A stretch of DNA of 63,989 bases, the filler included, from Dirinaria sp. TL-2023a (Eukaryota): NCBI GenBank assembly GCA_051941275.1. It is 3 parts of 3 records of this genome, joined end to end, with 100 filler letters (N's around TTAATTAATTAA, not from the genome) between each part and the next. Parts side by side here need not be neighbours in the genome. Positions count along the whole stretch, not along the records: positions 23,055 to 46,001 come from JAVEBF010000214.1; positions 46,102 to 63,989 come from JAVEBF010000408.1; 1 more part is not named here. One strand, written 5' to 3'. The position numbers and the translations under genes were made by a program. The notes under the pieces are model-generated. The model ran no database searches. It worked only from the letters and a program-made list of their open reading frames with translations, and was not told the DNA's origin. Every line of letters begins with the position of its first letter. The first letter of the stretch is position 1. Below are positions 38,057 through 51,573 of the stretch, piece by piece.

Positions 38057-40424
38057 GAAGATCATTGCAAGGGCAGTCGAGTCAAGAGACGGGTCGACGA
38101 CTCTGCCATTGATTCATAGATGCGATATATGCGAGTGGCCCCTGGTTCTTCTGTCTTTTACAAAAAAAGTGGGTTTACGGAAAGAGCGGTATTTGGACTG
38201 ACCGGAGGCTATTGGTGCATATCGTCTATTCTATCAACCAAGGTAGAGTCTTATGAGACAAAATCACGCTAAGATGACTTGCGTCAGCCGCGTTATTAGA
38301 TTATTTACAAAGGATACCCAGGTACGGAGTATAAGTAGGCTGATGTTCCAGCTCGCTCAACTGAATACGCCACGTAAATCCGGGCAAGCAATTGTTGGTC
38401 AGGATTTGTCTCGCTTACGGTTTGTAAGCGAGCCATATCTGCACCTGGGGAAGCAAAATGCCCTGACTTGGTGATAGAGGAATGCGATACGCCAAGATCT
38501 CGCGATAGTGGTTTCATATACACTTTAAGAGGCGATTTGGGTCCCCAAAAAGTCCCTTTGATATTCCGAGCATTTGTTCGTATGCCATACAAAGATATGA
38601 AACATACCACATGAACCTGCGAGGTCAAGCATAAACCGAATCGTAATATCGATTCTCCCCAGTCCCCACGGAACAAAAAACGTTCGAGGGAAAGCCCTAA
38701 AAGATCCACAACTCACCTCAGCATGCCATCAAAGTACAATGTTGTAAGTACTGAGGGGTCTAGGGCTTTGACTCCTTATGATGAGGGGTTATGTACCTGG
38801 TGTGCCTGAGATAGCTGGACTCCTGGTCTGAGACCGCCGTATGCCGTAGGCGGCGTAGGAAACATACTGTACATTTCGAAAAGCGTGACTTAATCGGTAT
38901 TTAGATCAGTAATAAGCTTCACGCAAGACGAATAAAGTTATGCGCGTAGCGCAGCTAAAGCAAGGTACGGCATACTACTGATTCAACGGGTTCCAGATAC
39001 GGAAACAACAAACTCTTATCTTCGGCGTTTGGCTTTGAAGTTGTTTATTCTATGCGCTATGCCTAATTTGTCGCTAGATACCAAACCAGACGGAAGTGCC
39101 CACCATGGAACCGACAACAGGGACTCGAACCCATTATTAACCGCTCCGCCGTCAAGTTAGTTTCGGATGACATAAGTTAGCCGGCGGTTTCATGGGACAC
39201 CGTCTACGCCTATCCATCATGCGTCATTAATTATTGAGACCATTAAGAACACCGCTTTAATCCAAACGAAACTTCGTGAAGCCAAACAGAACTTCGTGAG
39301 GCTTATCTTCGGCGCTAGCGGGCACGGGCTGTGAGATGGCGAAGGTACTGAGGTACCTCAAATTTTGTACAGGATTTTTGTACTCCTGCAGGATTTTACT
39401 GACACAGCAATGATAATGCTTACCTCAGTGCCTCTATCCACCCAGGACCTTGACGCTCAAAGTCTTGGCTAGAGCGATCGGCCCCGCTTGAAGGTCGGCC
39501 GAATATGACCACTCGGGTTACGAAGTAAACGTCTTCTCCCATGTCAGCTTACTCGGTCCTTTAGGTAAGTATTGGCGCAAGCTAAGACTGGCGGCATTTT
39601 TCGGAGCTGGAAATGCTCGCCAAGACTGTTAAAGCCTTGGCAAGTCAGCGTCGTCAATCATGCACACAGTAAAGTACCTTAGTACAGACATATGTAGCAA
39701 ATCAAAGAACTCGGACTTTGTTGAAGAAATCAACCCTGGCACGATGTCTGGATGTCATGAGGTTATTTGAGGTCTGATGCGTTAATTCGGCATGCAGCGC
39801 CGTTTACCTTATTGCTTGGTAATGCAGATCCTGGTGGCGGTAGGAGTAAGCCATAAACCTGGGCTATGCAGGATTATGTGAGCAGCGAATCCGCTGTCGC
39901 GTGACTTCACATCGGAAATACTGCAGACGCCGACTCCGAAATTGAACCTCTGGAAGGTCTGTTCATTGCATGGGCAGATGCACACGGGGCACAGTGACAA
40001 GGGATTATGGAAGCCCATCCGGCCCGATGTGGTAAACACTGGCAGGCCTGAGGAGCGCCTTCCGAGCTGACACGACAGCAAGAACCGGGCACTTTACTTA
40101 CTTATGTGATGACTCTTCCAAAACACGTGAGTCAGGTAGCAAATAACATTCTTCTACCCTGACGCCTTACCTTCCTTCATGGTCAAGGATCCTCTTCGGA
40201 TTTGATCGTGTACTTCCTCCTGACTTTACCTTTTCGCTTTCTCTGCGCGATGAGTGACTGCAAGTGACATGATTTCCATCAGTACCACCTTCTCACAGTC
40301 CCTTTGATTCCTCTAGCCCGGGCCTAACACGCTCCATCATCTCACGTTGTTTCGATCTTACATTGCAATCCCTATTCTCTCTATCCTTTAATCTACGTTG
40401 AACAAATCCAAACACGAGTCCGCC

Positions 40425-41767
40425 ATGCCTGTCAACGTACTTCTAGAACCTCTGGTAGTCATAACACTTCTGGTGGGAGGGGCGCTAGTCAATCGCAACC
40501 GAAGTGTGTCGGACCTAAAAGGCCATGAAAGGCGTCCTAGGTCAAAGGATCAGCACGTGACTTTTGCAGAAGAATTGGAGGCTGGGACTCGACTTGTTGA
40601 TCCGAGGAACACTGGATCACCAAACCATCGTCATCGCTCCCAGTCGCCTTCCTCGCCTTCACGAGGTGACGGCCAGTGGCGTACAAGGCCGGTTGGGTTA
40701 CTAAGATGGAGACGCCGCATAGCCACACCAGACACTAGCAGGTACAGCGACACGGTTTTGAGCAGACTTCTGTACGGCTTCCCTTTCCTAGTGGAAGTTT
40801 GGTACTGGGCTCTGATATACTGGGTATGCCCCACCAAGTACTTGACTTGTGTCGGCCCATGCTGACGCTTTTCTAGGTGTATCAACTAGGCCGGGCTTTT
40901 ACAGCCGTTCGCCTTGATGAAGGCACAGTAGATCTCGCGCGTGAGCATGCATTTATCATCATAAACCTTGAAAAGCGTCTGGGCATCTTCTTTGAGCCCT
41001 CGCTACAAGCCAAGATTCTTAGATACCCACACCTCTTGGCTTGCACAAATTGGGTCTACTCATACATTCATATACCAGCAACGATCTTGTTCCTTGTCTG
41101 GCTCTACTATCACACCATCACCGCTTCTGGTTCAAGCACTCACCATGACAACTCTGCTCAAGGGACCAGCACACTTCATGGCCCTGCTCTATACGAAGCC
41201 CGGCGGCGCACCATGGCAATGTGCAACCTTATTGCGTTTGCGATCTTTACCAGTTGGCCATGTATGCCTCCACGGCTCCTGAGCGATCCTGGCGTCAAGG
41301 GTGCTGTCGGAAACTTAGCAAGGAGCTACGGCTTTGTCGATACCGTGCACAGCGAAACTGGGTCTGGCAGTGTTTGGACATCGAACAAGTTCTGCAATCA
41401 ATGGGCCGCCATGCCTAGTCTACATTTCGGCTACTCGCTGCTTATTGGCATGACCATTGCCACACTTCCTTTAGCCTCGCCGCAGGAGCCTTGGACAGCA
41501 GCGCAAACCGCTGGACAGACATTGAGCTCGAAGTTGCCAAGCTGGAGACGGACTCTCTGTATCTGTTGTGGGATATTGTACCCCTGCTTAATCTGCTTCG
41601 CGGTCATTGCGACAGCGAATCATTTCGTTCTCGATGTTGTGGCCGGCGCCATAGTATGCGCATTGGGCTGGCTGGGGAACCGAGCGCTACTAAACTTGTT
41701 GCCTCTGGAAGACTACTTTCTCTCGCTGGTCCGAATCCACAAGCCTGAATTGCGGCAGCCGTGGTAA
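40425..41767 (+). CDS. PAP2-superfamily (Aur1/IPC-synthase-like, PAP2_3) integral membrane protein, 2 exons
   Basis: FPFLVEVWYWALIYW/VYQLGRA across intron 40824-40876; WPCMPPRLL, AAMPSLHFGYS, ATANHFVLD catalytic-type motifs. Confidence 0.85.
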
Positions 41768-42254
41768 GTCGATTGAGGTAACTGCATAAGAGGGCGACTG
41801 TCAGAGCGTGTAGGCTTGATATGGAAACGGGCCAGGGAGTTCTGATGAATTAGCGTCACCTTCTCAGCCAAGTAGCAGTACTTGGTGATGTTGTTAAAGC
41901 TACTATTAGTAAGCATAAGTAGTACTCTGCTCAAATGGTCAATCTTTCTACGTCCCACTTCCTTATCTTCTCCCCGAGCGGCATTTGGACGCTCGTCCGC
42001 TGTTCTGTTTCCGTCTCGAGATGGTGTGGCGGGGTAGTATCATGAGGCCAATGAGCTCGTACTTTACCGTTTCACAGCATCATGCGTGCTTAGTAATGCC
42101 TATCTAGATACCTGTTGCCTTGATTCAGCTGCTGATGGCAGTGGGTTGTCTGGCTTTGTTACTTGTGGTTGTGTCTGATTCAAGAGGCTCCGTTCTAATA
42201 CCATATTGCTTTGGCTTACCTATATGCTCTCATGCAACCCGAGCTCAATCTGAT

Positions 42255-45200
42255 ATGACACTTTCCAGCACGAGGCTGACAGAAAGCTCACGCGATGGCT
42301 TCGCCCGTGGGACTAAGGCCGAGAATGTAATCCGTCTCCTTAGGCTACGTGCATGAGGCGATCTTACTGATCTTCGTTACCTCAACCACAGCACCGATCT
42401 TTGGGCTGATGCGGTCAGCAAGCTGAGCGATGACGACAAGCGCGACATCAACTTTAGTATCCCAGATAAGCGGGGGATCGTAGAAGATCTACTCGGACTT
42501 GCTAAATCATCCGAACAGAAAGCGCTTAGCAAGCGCTGGAAATTCACTCGGAAGAATGGGCAAACGGTGGTTTTAAGGGATGTCTTTGCCAAGATCGTTC
42601 ATTGGGTGGATCTCTTCAAGCAGGTTGGAGACGCTGCTGTCCAGTATGACCCAGGGCATGCAGCACTCCCGTGGGCTGGGATTCGGTTTATTCTGCAGGT
42701 TAGTGCCAATATTTGATGTGATAAGGTGCAGCGTCTGAGACGTGCGGGCAGATTGCGATCAATGACGTCGACAAATATGCTTCCATAGTCGAAGGCCTCG
42801 CTCTGATAGCTGAGCTTATCTGCCGTTATGCAGTTGTCGAGAACCTTTACCCTCTTTCTGCAACTGAGACGAGTCATGAGATGGAGAGAGCTTTGGTCCA
42901 ACTGTATGCGGCTATCTTAATTTACCTTTCGAAAGCCAAATCATATTTCGATCAAGGCTCTGCAAGTCAGTACGCCTATGTAAAATGGTTGAACTCAAAC
43001 TAAAAGGAACAAATAGAGCGAGCCATGAAGAGCGTACTCGTGGATAAGTCAGCCTTCGAGTCATATCTCAACAACATTCATGACGCAAAAGAGGATGTCC
43101 ACAGTTGTATGAACCTCATTGGCAGACACGGTCAGTCCCATTACCGTCAAGTTCCCTATAGTATCCACAACGCTAAACCAAATCGGCAATGAAATCTACA
43201 AACTAACCTGGGTTAACTAGATCAAATCGAAAATCAAGAGAGGTTAGAGCTTTTGTTGAAGCGGATGAACGACCCTATAAGCCGTATGGATAGCGCTCTC
43301 AAAGATATTTAAGATAGTCTAGATGGTAAAGTATTGAAAAGACTGTTTGAAAGTCTAAACTAACGACATGCAGCATCGAGACGTACCGAGATTTTAGGCT
43401 GGTTGTCTCCAGAACCGTACATTCAACATCACAACCAGGTAAAAAAGGATGTATTACAGGGGACCGGAACATGGCTTCTTTCGGATCCGGTTTACATTAG
43501 CTGGAAAAAGGAAAGCGCCTCCTCTATCCTATGGCTCAGAGGGATCCAAGGTTCTGGGAATAGTAAGCTTGTGTAAGTGGACAAGACATAAATGTTTGAT
43601 AAATACAATTGTGCTGATGATTCCAGATCCATTGTAATTGAAGATGCTATCAGAGAATTCAACGCCGGACAGAGCCCTAGTCCGGCTTTCTTCTATTCGT
43701 CACGGAATTCGGCCGAACCAATGCGATCAGACCCCAACGCTATTCTTGCCAGTATTGCTAGACAATTGTCAAATCACCAACCAGGATCCCCACTTCTCAA
43801 GCCGACGCTTGAGCTTTACCTAAAAGAGGAAGCGCAAGAATTCGCCGCCGGGAAATTACAGATCGAGGAATGCTGTGAACTTATCATCCAGCTTACTGGG
43901 GAATACCCTCTGACTACCATAGTCATAGACGTTCTCGACGAATGCGATCCGGCAAAGCGAGATAAGCTATTAGATTCCTTGGAAAAGATTCTCGAGGAGG
44001 CTCCCAGCTTGGTAAAGATTTTTGTATCAAGTCGGAACGATCAAGACATCGTGTCTCAATTGAGACATTACCCAAACCTTGCTATTGATTCAGATAGAAA
44101 CGGTGTTGACATCGCAAAATTTGTCCGAACGGAGACAAACCGACTTATTAAGAAACAGAAACTTCTACAGTATAGCCAGAAGAAAGATGAATTAGCAGAA
44201 GTCGTAATCAAAGAGATAAGCAAGGGAGCTGCTGGCATGTAAGTTGTTGTTCTTCTTTTCGCGAACTCATTGAAATCTTATCCAAAGGCTGAATGTCTTT
44301 TTCTTAAAGAGTCGAAAATTAAAGGTCTTGATTCTCATTATTTTGGCACATAGTAAAGTGAGCTTGCGATTTGACACCATGACGGTGGGGTTAGAATATG
44401 CCAATCAATCGTTACTTACAATTATCATATTTAACTTGTTCGTCGTAATAGTTGTCACTGCCTGAATCAAGGCGTTAAGGTCTTCAGATCTAGAGTCCTA
44501 ATAACTATGTTCTCAGGTTCCGGTGGGCAAGTTTGCAACTGCAATATCTCTGCCCATGCAAGCTGGATGCCGACATTAAGGAGCGTCTTGGACGGAATCC
44601 ACCCGATTTAGAATCTCTTTACTCCGACATCTACGAGATGCTTTCGCGCGGCCCGGCCCAGTTTGGAACTGGCGTTTTCAGGAACACACTCAGCTGGTTG
44701 CTATGCGCTCAAGAGACCTTGGAGATACAGGAATTCTTTGCAGCGGTATCAATAGTTCCCGGTCACGGCTTCGAGCAGGTTTCAAAAGATCAAGTCCTCG
44801 ATCTTTGCAACAACTTCGTCATCTATGACACAGAGCTAGACACATTTCGCTTCACGTATCTATCCGTCAGAGAGTTTTTAGAGAAGCGAGATGAATATAG
44901 CCACGAACGTACAAATGCCTTGGCTGCCGAACTATGTCTATTGCAACTCCTATGCTCAGCCTCAAGCTCTATATCCAAGGAGTTCCTATCTAAGCACGAT
45001 CCGAACTTATGTGAGAAGCCGCCAGATACTAAGATGCTCACTATTTACCCCCATTTGTATTGGCCTGAACACTCTCGACTAGCCGCTCACAAAAGGAGAT
45101 GCGGTAGAACAAAAGCTCTTTTGCTATTTTTTCTCTCCAACGATACAGACTTTGCTTCTCCGTTCTCAGTGTGGAGACGTGAGATCGTGCACCAGAAGAG

Positions 45201-46001
45201 ATGGCATTTAGATGTTAGGGATTTTCGCCCGATGGATCGATTAGGCGACGCAAGGTCAGCGCTGCTCAGTGCGTGCGCTTTCGATTTCGCCGAATTTATA
45301 GAGAATCAGGGGAAAGGCTTCAGTCCCCAAATGGATCTTGTCACTAGCGCGGGTGATAGCATGTTATGTGTCGCCGTACGGCATTACAACTTCGATACAG
45401 TAAGAGCATTGCTAAAGCAAGAAGGCAACGAGAAAAACATCACAGAAAAAGTGCTTGCAGAGGCAGCAAAGAAACATGAAAGAAGTGATATTCTAGCTTT
45501 CCTTTTAAATAAAGGAGGCGGAGAGATTAAAATTACAGAAAAGGTTGTCAATGCTGCAGCAGAAAATTTATCCCGTGAGTGCTTGGCACTTCTCTTAACT
45601 TATAGAAAATGTGAGATCAAGGTTTCAGGAAAATTACTCGAGGTTGCGGCAAGGAATAGAAGCAATTTTGCCATCACACTGTTACTAGATGAACGAGGCG
45701 ATGAGAGCAAAATCACGGAAGCGGTTGTGGAAGCTGCAGCTGGAAATCGTTATACAGAGAGCGTCATGGCCCTGCTTTTAGCTCGTCGAGGCGAAGAAGT
45801 TCAGATCACAGAGAAGATACTTGTTGCAGCGGCATATTCAGCATATGGTTTCCGAATGATGAAACTGCTATTTGACCGAAGAGGCAGTGAGATTCAAATC
45901 ACAGAGGAGGTGCTCATAGCCGCAGCACAAGCCTGGGGAGGTCAAGACATCATCGGAATGCTGTTTGATCGACGAGGCAGTGAGATTCAAATCACAGAGA
46001 A
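42255..46001 (+). pseudogene. NLR-like gene: NWD/NACHT N-terminal helical domain, NACHT NTPase and C-terminal 31-aa ankyrin-like repeats; premature stop; truncated by the gap
   Basis: FKQVGDAAVQYDPGHAALPWAGIRFILQ; GTGTWLL; P-loop GIQGSGNSKL; Walker B IVIDVLDEC; KIFVSSR; GM/FRWASLQL; in-frame TAA at 43310-43312; start codon uncertain. Confidence 0.8.
45430..46001 (+). repeat. Tandem coding repeats of about 90-93 bp (xIxITExVxxAAA...LLxxRG)
   Basis: About six units; the last two share GAGGCAGTGAGATTCAAATCACAGAG exactly, 93 bp apart (45881 and 45974). Confidence 0.85.
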
Positions 46002-46101
46002 NNNNNNNNNNNNNNNNNNNNNNNNNNNNNNNNNNNNNNNNNNNNTTAATTAATTAANNNNNNNNNNNNNNNNNNNNNNNNNNNNNNNNNNNNNNNNNNN
46101 N
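46002..46101. other. Artificial contig spacer N44-TTAATTAATTAA-N44
   Basis: Same 100-nt structure as 22955-23054. Confidence 0.97.
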
Positions 46102-46556
46102 GACGTAGACTTATGCGGAGGTGCATGTATGTATCCTAGACGCCCCCGGGGCATAAGGTATTGTTCCTGCGCGAACATGTAGAGAGGCCGGAGATCCCAG
46201 CTCAGACCCCCTCATATTGCTAATTTATGTAACTTATGATAGTAGAGGTGTATCTGATCTTTCGCGTGAGCAGCAGGCTGAGTTGGTGATTCTCAATTGC
46301 TGTACTCTTGTGTACCTTTTTATAAAAGCGGGTGCGGATATCGAAATGGGTTACGAGGAATGAGAGAGTCTTATGGTTACATTCATGTCGGATTTGGCTA
46401 GGGATCTAACATGGAAGGCACGGATTGCGGTAGGTAGCTGTAAATACATTTGATAAATATTTCACGCGTGAGTCCTTTTCTTTTGGTTTTTCACATGACG
46501 AACATAGGATCAATATAATTCTACCGGTACCCAGGGCCACCTTACTTGCCTCATAT

Positions 46557-49500
46557 TTAGCAGCGATCCAGAAGCGTCGCATACTTAGTAAACTCCTCAT
46601 CGCCTTGCAACATCTCCAGCTCCTCGTCATTGGTTCCCATCCCAAGCTCCACCCCACCATCGTCTCTCATGGGATAAATAACCAGGAACCGAAAGCGCCT
46701 GTGCCCGCGTTCAACCTGTGGGCGCATGGCGGCGGGAGAGCCTCCGTCGGCGAAGAACGCATCCCCGAACGAAATCTCGCTCGTGGAGAACAGCATCAGA
46801 TTGGAAATCATGGCGTTCACCCCCGTGAGACCTGCGCAGGCGATGCTGAACCGGTTATGGTGATGGTCGGGCAAGGACTGCAGGAGGGTAAATGTGTCGT
46901 GGACAAGCGAGGGCGTGATGCGCGCGGCGGCCTCGCGGAGGAGATACGCGATGCTTCCGACGCTCGTTTTCGGCGAGCAGAGGGTCTCGACGGGCATATT
47001 GGGCCGATTCAGTATCAGCATGCTGCCCATGTACGATGATGGCAACAGAGAAGAGAAGTAGGGACGGCCGTCGACGGGTAATTCCAGGATCGACGTCTCG
47101 TGGGGTCCAAATGTTTCTCCGCGGAATTCCTTAGCCGCACGATATCGTGCCTTGATCGCGGAGCGCCAGAAGAAGGCTTGCACAATATCACTGATAGAGG
47201 TGATAGCCCCCTTGGCCTCTGGGTCGGCGAGGACTTCTTCTTTGAGCTCCTGCACCTTCTCGGGCGGAATCAAAAACAGGGTACTGCTCAGGCCATCCTG
47301 AGCAGGGGTGGGCGGCCATGCAAACTTCCGAGGGAAACTAGGTGCTGGAGGGAGAATTCTTTGCTTTGGAAGGCGGGATTTTCCGATCTCAGATGTGCCT
47401 TTTATATGATTTTCAAGGGGTTCCTCTGGGCGTTCAAATGGCAGAAAGCCCCATACAGCAGGATCTACCTCAGAAGCTGGTCGAGCATAGCCTTCTTGCT
47501 CGTACAGGATTTCTGGTAAGCTGTGATTGAAGCTCTCCGGGTCTAACCAGCTGCATGTCGCTGACACATCACCTTGAACATAACGGCAGCTTTCAGCCCA
47601 GACTTTAAGAGCGACCATAACACCAATGCCATCAAGGCAGGAGTGGTGGAAGTTTGTGGCGAGGATACAACCGCCTTTGACGAAGTTAGCTTGTGCGATC
47701 AAGATATCGGCGGGCAGCGGCGGAAATGGGTTCCCTCCAAGGACAAGTTCATCCATGAATACCGAGGGTACGAAGCCCGCATCTCGCAATTCCTCGAACG
47801 GCGGTAGAATATCAGACAGATCCTTATAGGCCAGCTGCCTTGGTACCGTCGGAAAGCCCGTACTATGGTCATTCGAGGAGGCCGAAGGTGGAAGAGGGGG
47901 AATGGTGAGGCGGAGGTCGCCGTTCCTATAGTCAATCTCTTGTTCCGAGCAATCCATCATTTTGCCGTCGAGGGCTGGAATTAGTTGCATTGTGCGACGG
48001 AGACCCTCTTGTAGATTCCCAAATGCTTGTTCGAAACTGATCCCTTTACGTAGAGCAAAGAAGAAGTTCAATCCCATGTAATGGTTGAAGTTCACGTAGT
48101 CAAATGGGTTCAATTTAAACGATAGGCGCGTCTTGTGTTTGTCTATCATCCTTCTCATCTTGGCCAAATCGTCGTTAGCAAGGTCGTCTGAAGCCGTTCC
48201 GTTTGTCTTTTTCGCCTCATCTGCCAACCGTGCAAGAGCTCCAGCGAACTTGGCGAGGGTCGGATTTGCGTAGAGGTGTCGAGGAGCAAGTTGATCCTGT
48301 AGCCCCATACCGGTTCGAATAATCTTGACAGCCCGCAAGACAAGAAGAGAGTCCAGCCCGAGAGTAAAAACGTCGATATCTGGCGGGGCTTCGCGAATCG
48401 AAGGCAATAAGGAGCCGAGTACGTGGCGGATCGATTCCAAAATTGATCCAACCGAACTCATATCAATTGTGACAGCATCCGAGTCCTCAACTCGTGAATT
48501 ATAGAAACGCTCAATATAGTCGGCATAAAGTTCTAGGGTGGCACGTCGCTTCACAGTTCCTTTATCTGTGCGGACAAAGGGCTTGTCTGGTTCCGCAAAC
48601 GTAATGTAGTCTCTTTGTAGCTGGTTTTTATGTAGAGATAGCGTATTCGCCGTTTCTACTGTTGACCATATGCTGTCAAAAAGCTCGTTGTCTCTCGATG
48701 ACGGATCTTTCAACTCGATGAGCAGGCCTGCCTGTGGCTTCGCAGTCCCGATCTGTGAGGCAATGCTGCTTCAGCTATAGGGCGCTACTTTCCTAGGGGG
48801 ACTTAGGCAGAGCTTGAATGGGCTTACTTACTACAAGGCAGCCTTCGACTGCGGGATGCGTTGTGACGAAAGCCTCAGTGTCTAAAGGTGATATTTTATA
48901 ACCGTTGGATAAGACAACTGTATCGTCGCTTCTTCCCTTGAAGGCCCAAAGATTTGGCTTAGTCGGATGCTTGAGATATAAGTCTTTAAGGTTGATGGAT
49001 TGCTTGGCTGGGAATGTGTGGAAAATGCCCTGAAACAAGGGCCAGTGCTTGGTGCGATGTACCCAATGCTCATATAGATCAGGCTCTACCTCTCTAAACT
49101 CGAAGCCGGAGAAAGGGTGAAAGGCGAACCAGAGCCAATCCTCTCTTTCCACCACCAGATTACCGATAAAAAGACCCTCTGTTGTACCTGTCAAGTTCAG
49201 AACTCTGATCACTTCATTTGCTTTGCCAGCAGCAATTGGACTGACGGGACCTTAAGAGCAAAAACGTTAGCGCCAGGATGGCGAGGGGAACAACTGTAGA
49301 AAGAACATGCGTACCGCCAGATGCACAGATAAATTTCGATGACCTGAACTTGGCCAAGACGTCCGGAGTCTCGCCCAGCTCATCGACAAGTGATGGAACC
49401 ATACTCCAGATATCGATTCTTCCATGGTTTGCGAGAGACTCCAAGAGGTTCATATTAGGTAGCACCCCGGCAGGTCCTAAGGTGCAGTGCAGGCCGAAGA

Positions 49501-50478
49501 GCGAGGGCAAAAGGATGTCCATAATAACACCGGCACCCTTGGAATTCCAAAGGTCATGCAATTAGCTCACAGCTCTCTGTTACAGTTCCCCCGCGGGGGG
49601 GGGGAATACGTACGTGACTCATGGGAAATGATGAGTATATTCTATCGCCTTCCTTCCAAAGTGATGTCCACGGAGCCAACCCATTGTCGCCCTCAGTAGG
49701 TGGAAGCAGCCGTACCGCATCCATGGTACCGATCAGACCATGAGTCCACGAAACAGGCTTCGGCACTCCCGTGGTGCCCGAGGTATGCAGGACGCAGAAT
49801 GGGTCTTGGATAGCTTCATCAAACGTCTTTTCATACGGGAAAGGCTCGGTAGATTCAGCATCGAGTAGTTCGTCGATTTCAGGGATATCTAGAAGTTTCA
49901 TAGGGCGTCGCTGCAGGAACTCTTCCACCAGAGGAAGACAGGGCTGCTCTCGGGGTTTGACCCAAATGTTGCATTTCGCCGCATCAAGGACTGCCAACGC
50001 CCCTTCACTGTTATTCTTGGGAGAAAGAAACAAGGCCTACCCGAAATTAAAATCAAGCGACATCGGCTTGCTGAGCCTCCGCTATTTGTTAACGTGGTAT
50101 TGAACAATTGTTACTTACAGCGTAACCAGCCTTGACACACGCGTAGGTCAACAGAATATGTCGAACATCATCTGAGTATAGTCAGTGAATGAGCTAGAAC
50201 GACAATATCGAGCTTGAAAGTTTTCTTTCCAACTCACGTGGACCAATATAGCCCACAGTCTGGATCAAGGTGGGTTTCCCAACTTGGTCACAGAGCCACC
50301 AGGCGGTTGTGTCAACCGCCTTCGCAAATTTGCGAGCAGATATATGGCGAAATCCATGGGAACGGTCGGAAAACGCCGCCACTGAGTATATAATGCGATC
50401 TGGCTCGGCAGAAGCCAAGCTGTCCAGGATCTGAGGAATCAGCCTCTTGCCATACTCCGTCGAACTTTTCACTGCCAT
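46557..50478 (-). CDS. NRPS-like enzyme: adenylation, thiolation and CoA-dependent transferase (condensation-like) domains; resembles the C-terminal part of CrmA-type ICS-NRPS hybrids
   Basis: Starts MAVKSSTEYGKRLIPQILD; A-domain VLHTSGTTGVPKP, SSFPMSH, GTTEG, DLY...FKGRSDD, RTDKGTVKR; T-domain DVFTLGLDSL; transferase FHHSCLDG (HxxxDG), LPVDGRPYF; the introns checked splice in frame. Confidence 0.9.
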
Positions 50479-51573
50479 TGTACCAATTCAGAGGAGGATG
50501 CTGGAACAACGACTGGTAAGTCAGTATGCTGCGGAGGGCAAATTCTAGAAGCAGGGAATTGTCAACAGTGGCTCGGATGATGCACCCATCTATATCACCA
50601 CGCTCAAGACACAAGGACACACGAGGGTGCAGGGGTATGACATCGTTCCGCCCATTACCAATCCATAATTTCGGTAACATAATGCAACTGTCAATCAGAG
50701 ACGCTGGGTTCGACGGGACGAGGTCGCCTGAGTTCCTCTGCGAGTTTTCGGCCGCGTTGGAAACTTCCAGTGCGGTATCCAGCAAGTCCAATGTAAGCGG
50801 CCCGGTTTGATCCTGCCATGCAAATAGCGGAATAATCGTCCGCCATGATGAAGATCCTCTACGAACGTGCGTTACGTGTAACATCGTGAGTACGTGAATC
50901 GGAATGTAGTAGCCGCCTCTTCAAGCCTAGTGTTGAGACTAAATGATTGAAAACTTGCGCATCTGAAGAGATCCCGCGCTTCAACATTAGCGTGCGGAGA
51001 TTCTAACGGGGATATCACAGGTATTTCGGTCACAAAGTAGAGTAATGGGATTGACCACTGCCTAATCATCCCTCTGTCCGACCTTCGACTGTAAGCGCTG
51101 AGGTTAGATGACGGCGGCGGCGGACAATGGAAGAAGCTGATCAGGCGAATTGCGAGTGGTCCTGTGGATCCGTGGGCACCCGCACTTCCAAAGCCGCAGG
51201 CCACTTCCATACGGCTGTCAGTAGTATCAGCATTACGAGAAACACATAGCAATGGCTTCAGAATCTGGTCAAAGATGTTCGTCAGACCCACTCCATTATC
51301 AAGTGGATGAAGTCATACCCCTGATCCCAGGTAATTGTATTACTCTTACGTTGTTCTGAGGCCCTTTGCAAACCCATGAATGGCTCATCCCGGAATGTTT
51401 AGCCGTATTGCCTTGTTGAGGAAGATGGCGGTGGAACGGATTCTTAGCCACCTCATGTTAAGTAGCTGGCTTTCACTCCGCTCGTCCTTTGCAAAGTTTT
51501 TACTTTTCGACTCACAGTATTTGATACTTGATCGTCTTCCGACTTCAAATTTATCCAATCCAACATCTCCATC
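50479..51573. promoter_or_regulatory. Divergent (bidirectional) promoter region between the NRPS-like gene and the ICS-ABC gene
   Basis: Head-to-head ATGs at 50478 (-) and 51574 (+), 1.1 kb apart; no credible ORF between them. Confidence 0.6.

Noticed and set aside
50312..51291. ORFs 50312-50884 and 50872-51291 (-) as extra cluster genes
   Set aside because: They have no recognisable motifs, overlap the NRPS-like start and promoter, and are likely spurious.
50479..51573. Mac1-type copper-response elements (TTTGCTCA/TGTGCTCA) in the ICS divergent promoter
   Set aside because: I found no convincing match by eye, so copper regulation cannot be claimed from the sequence.
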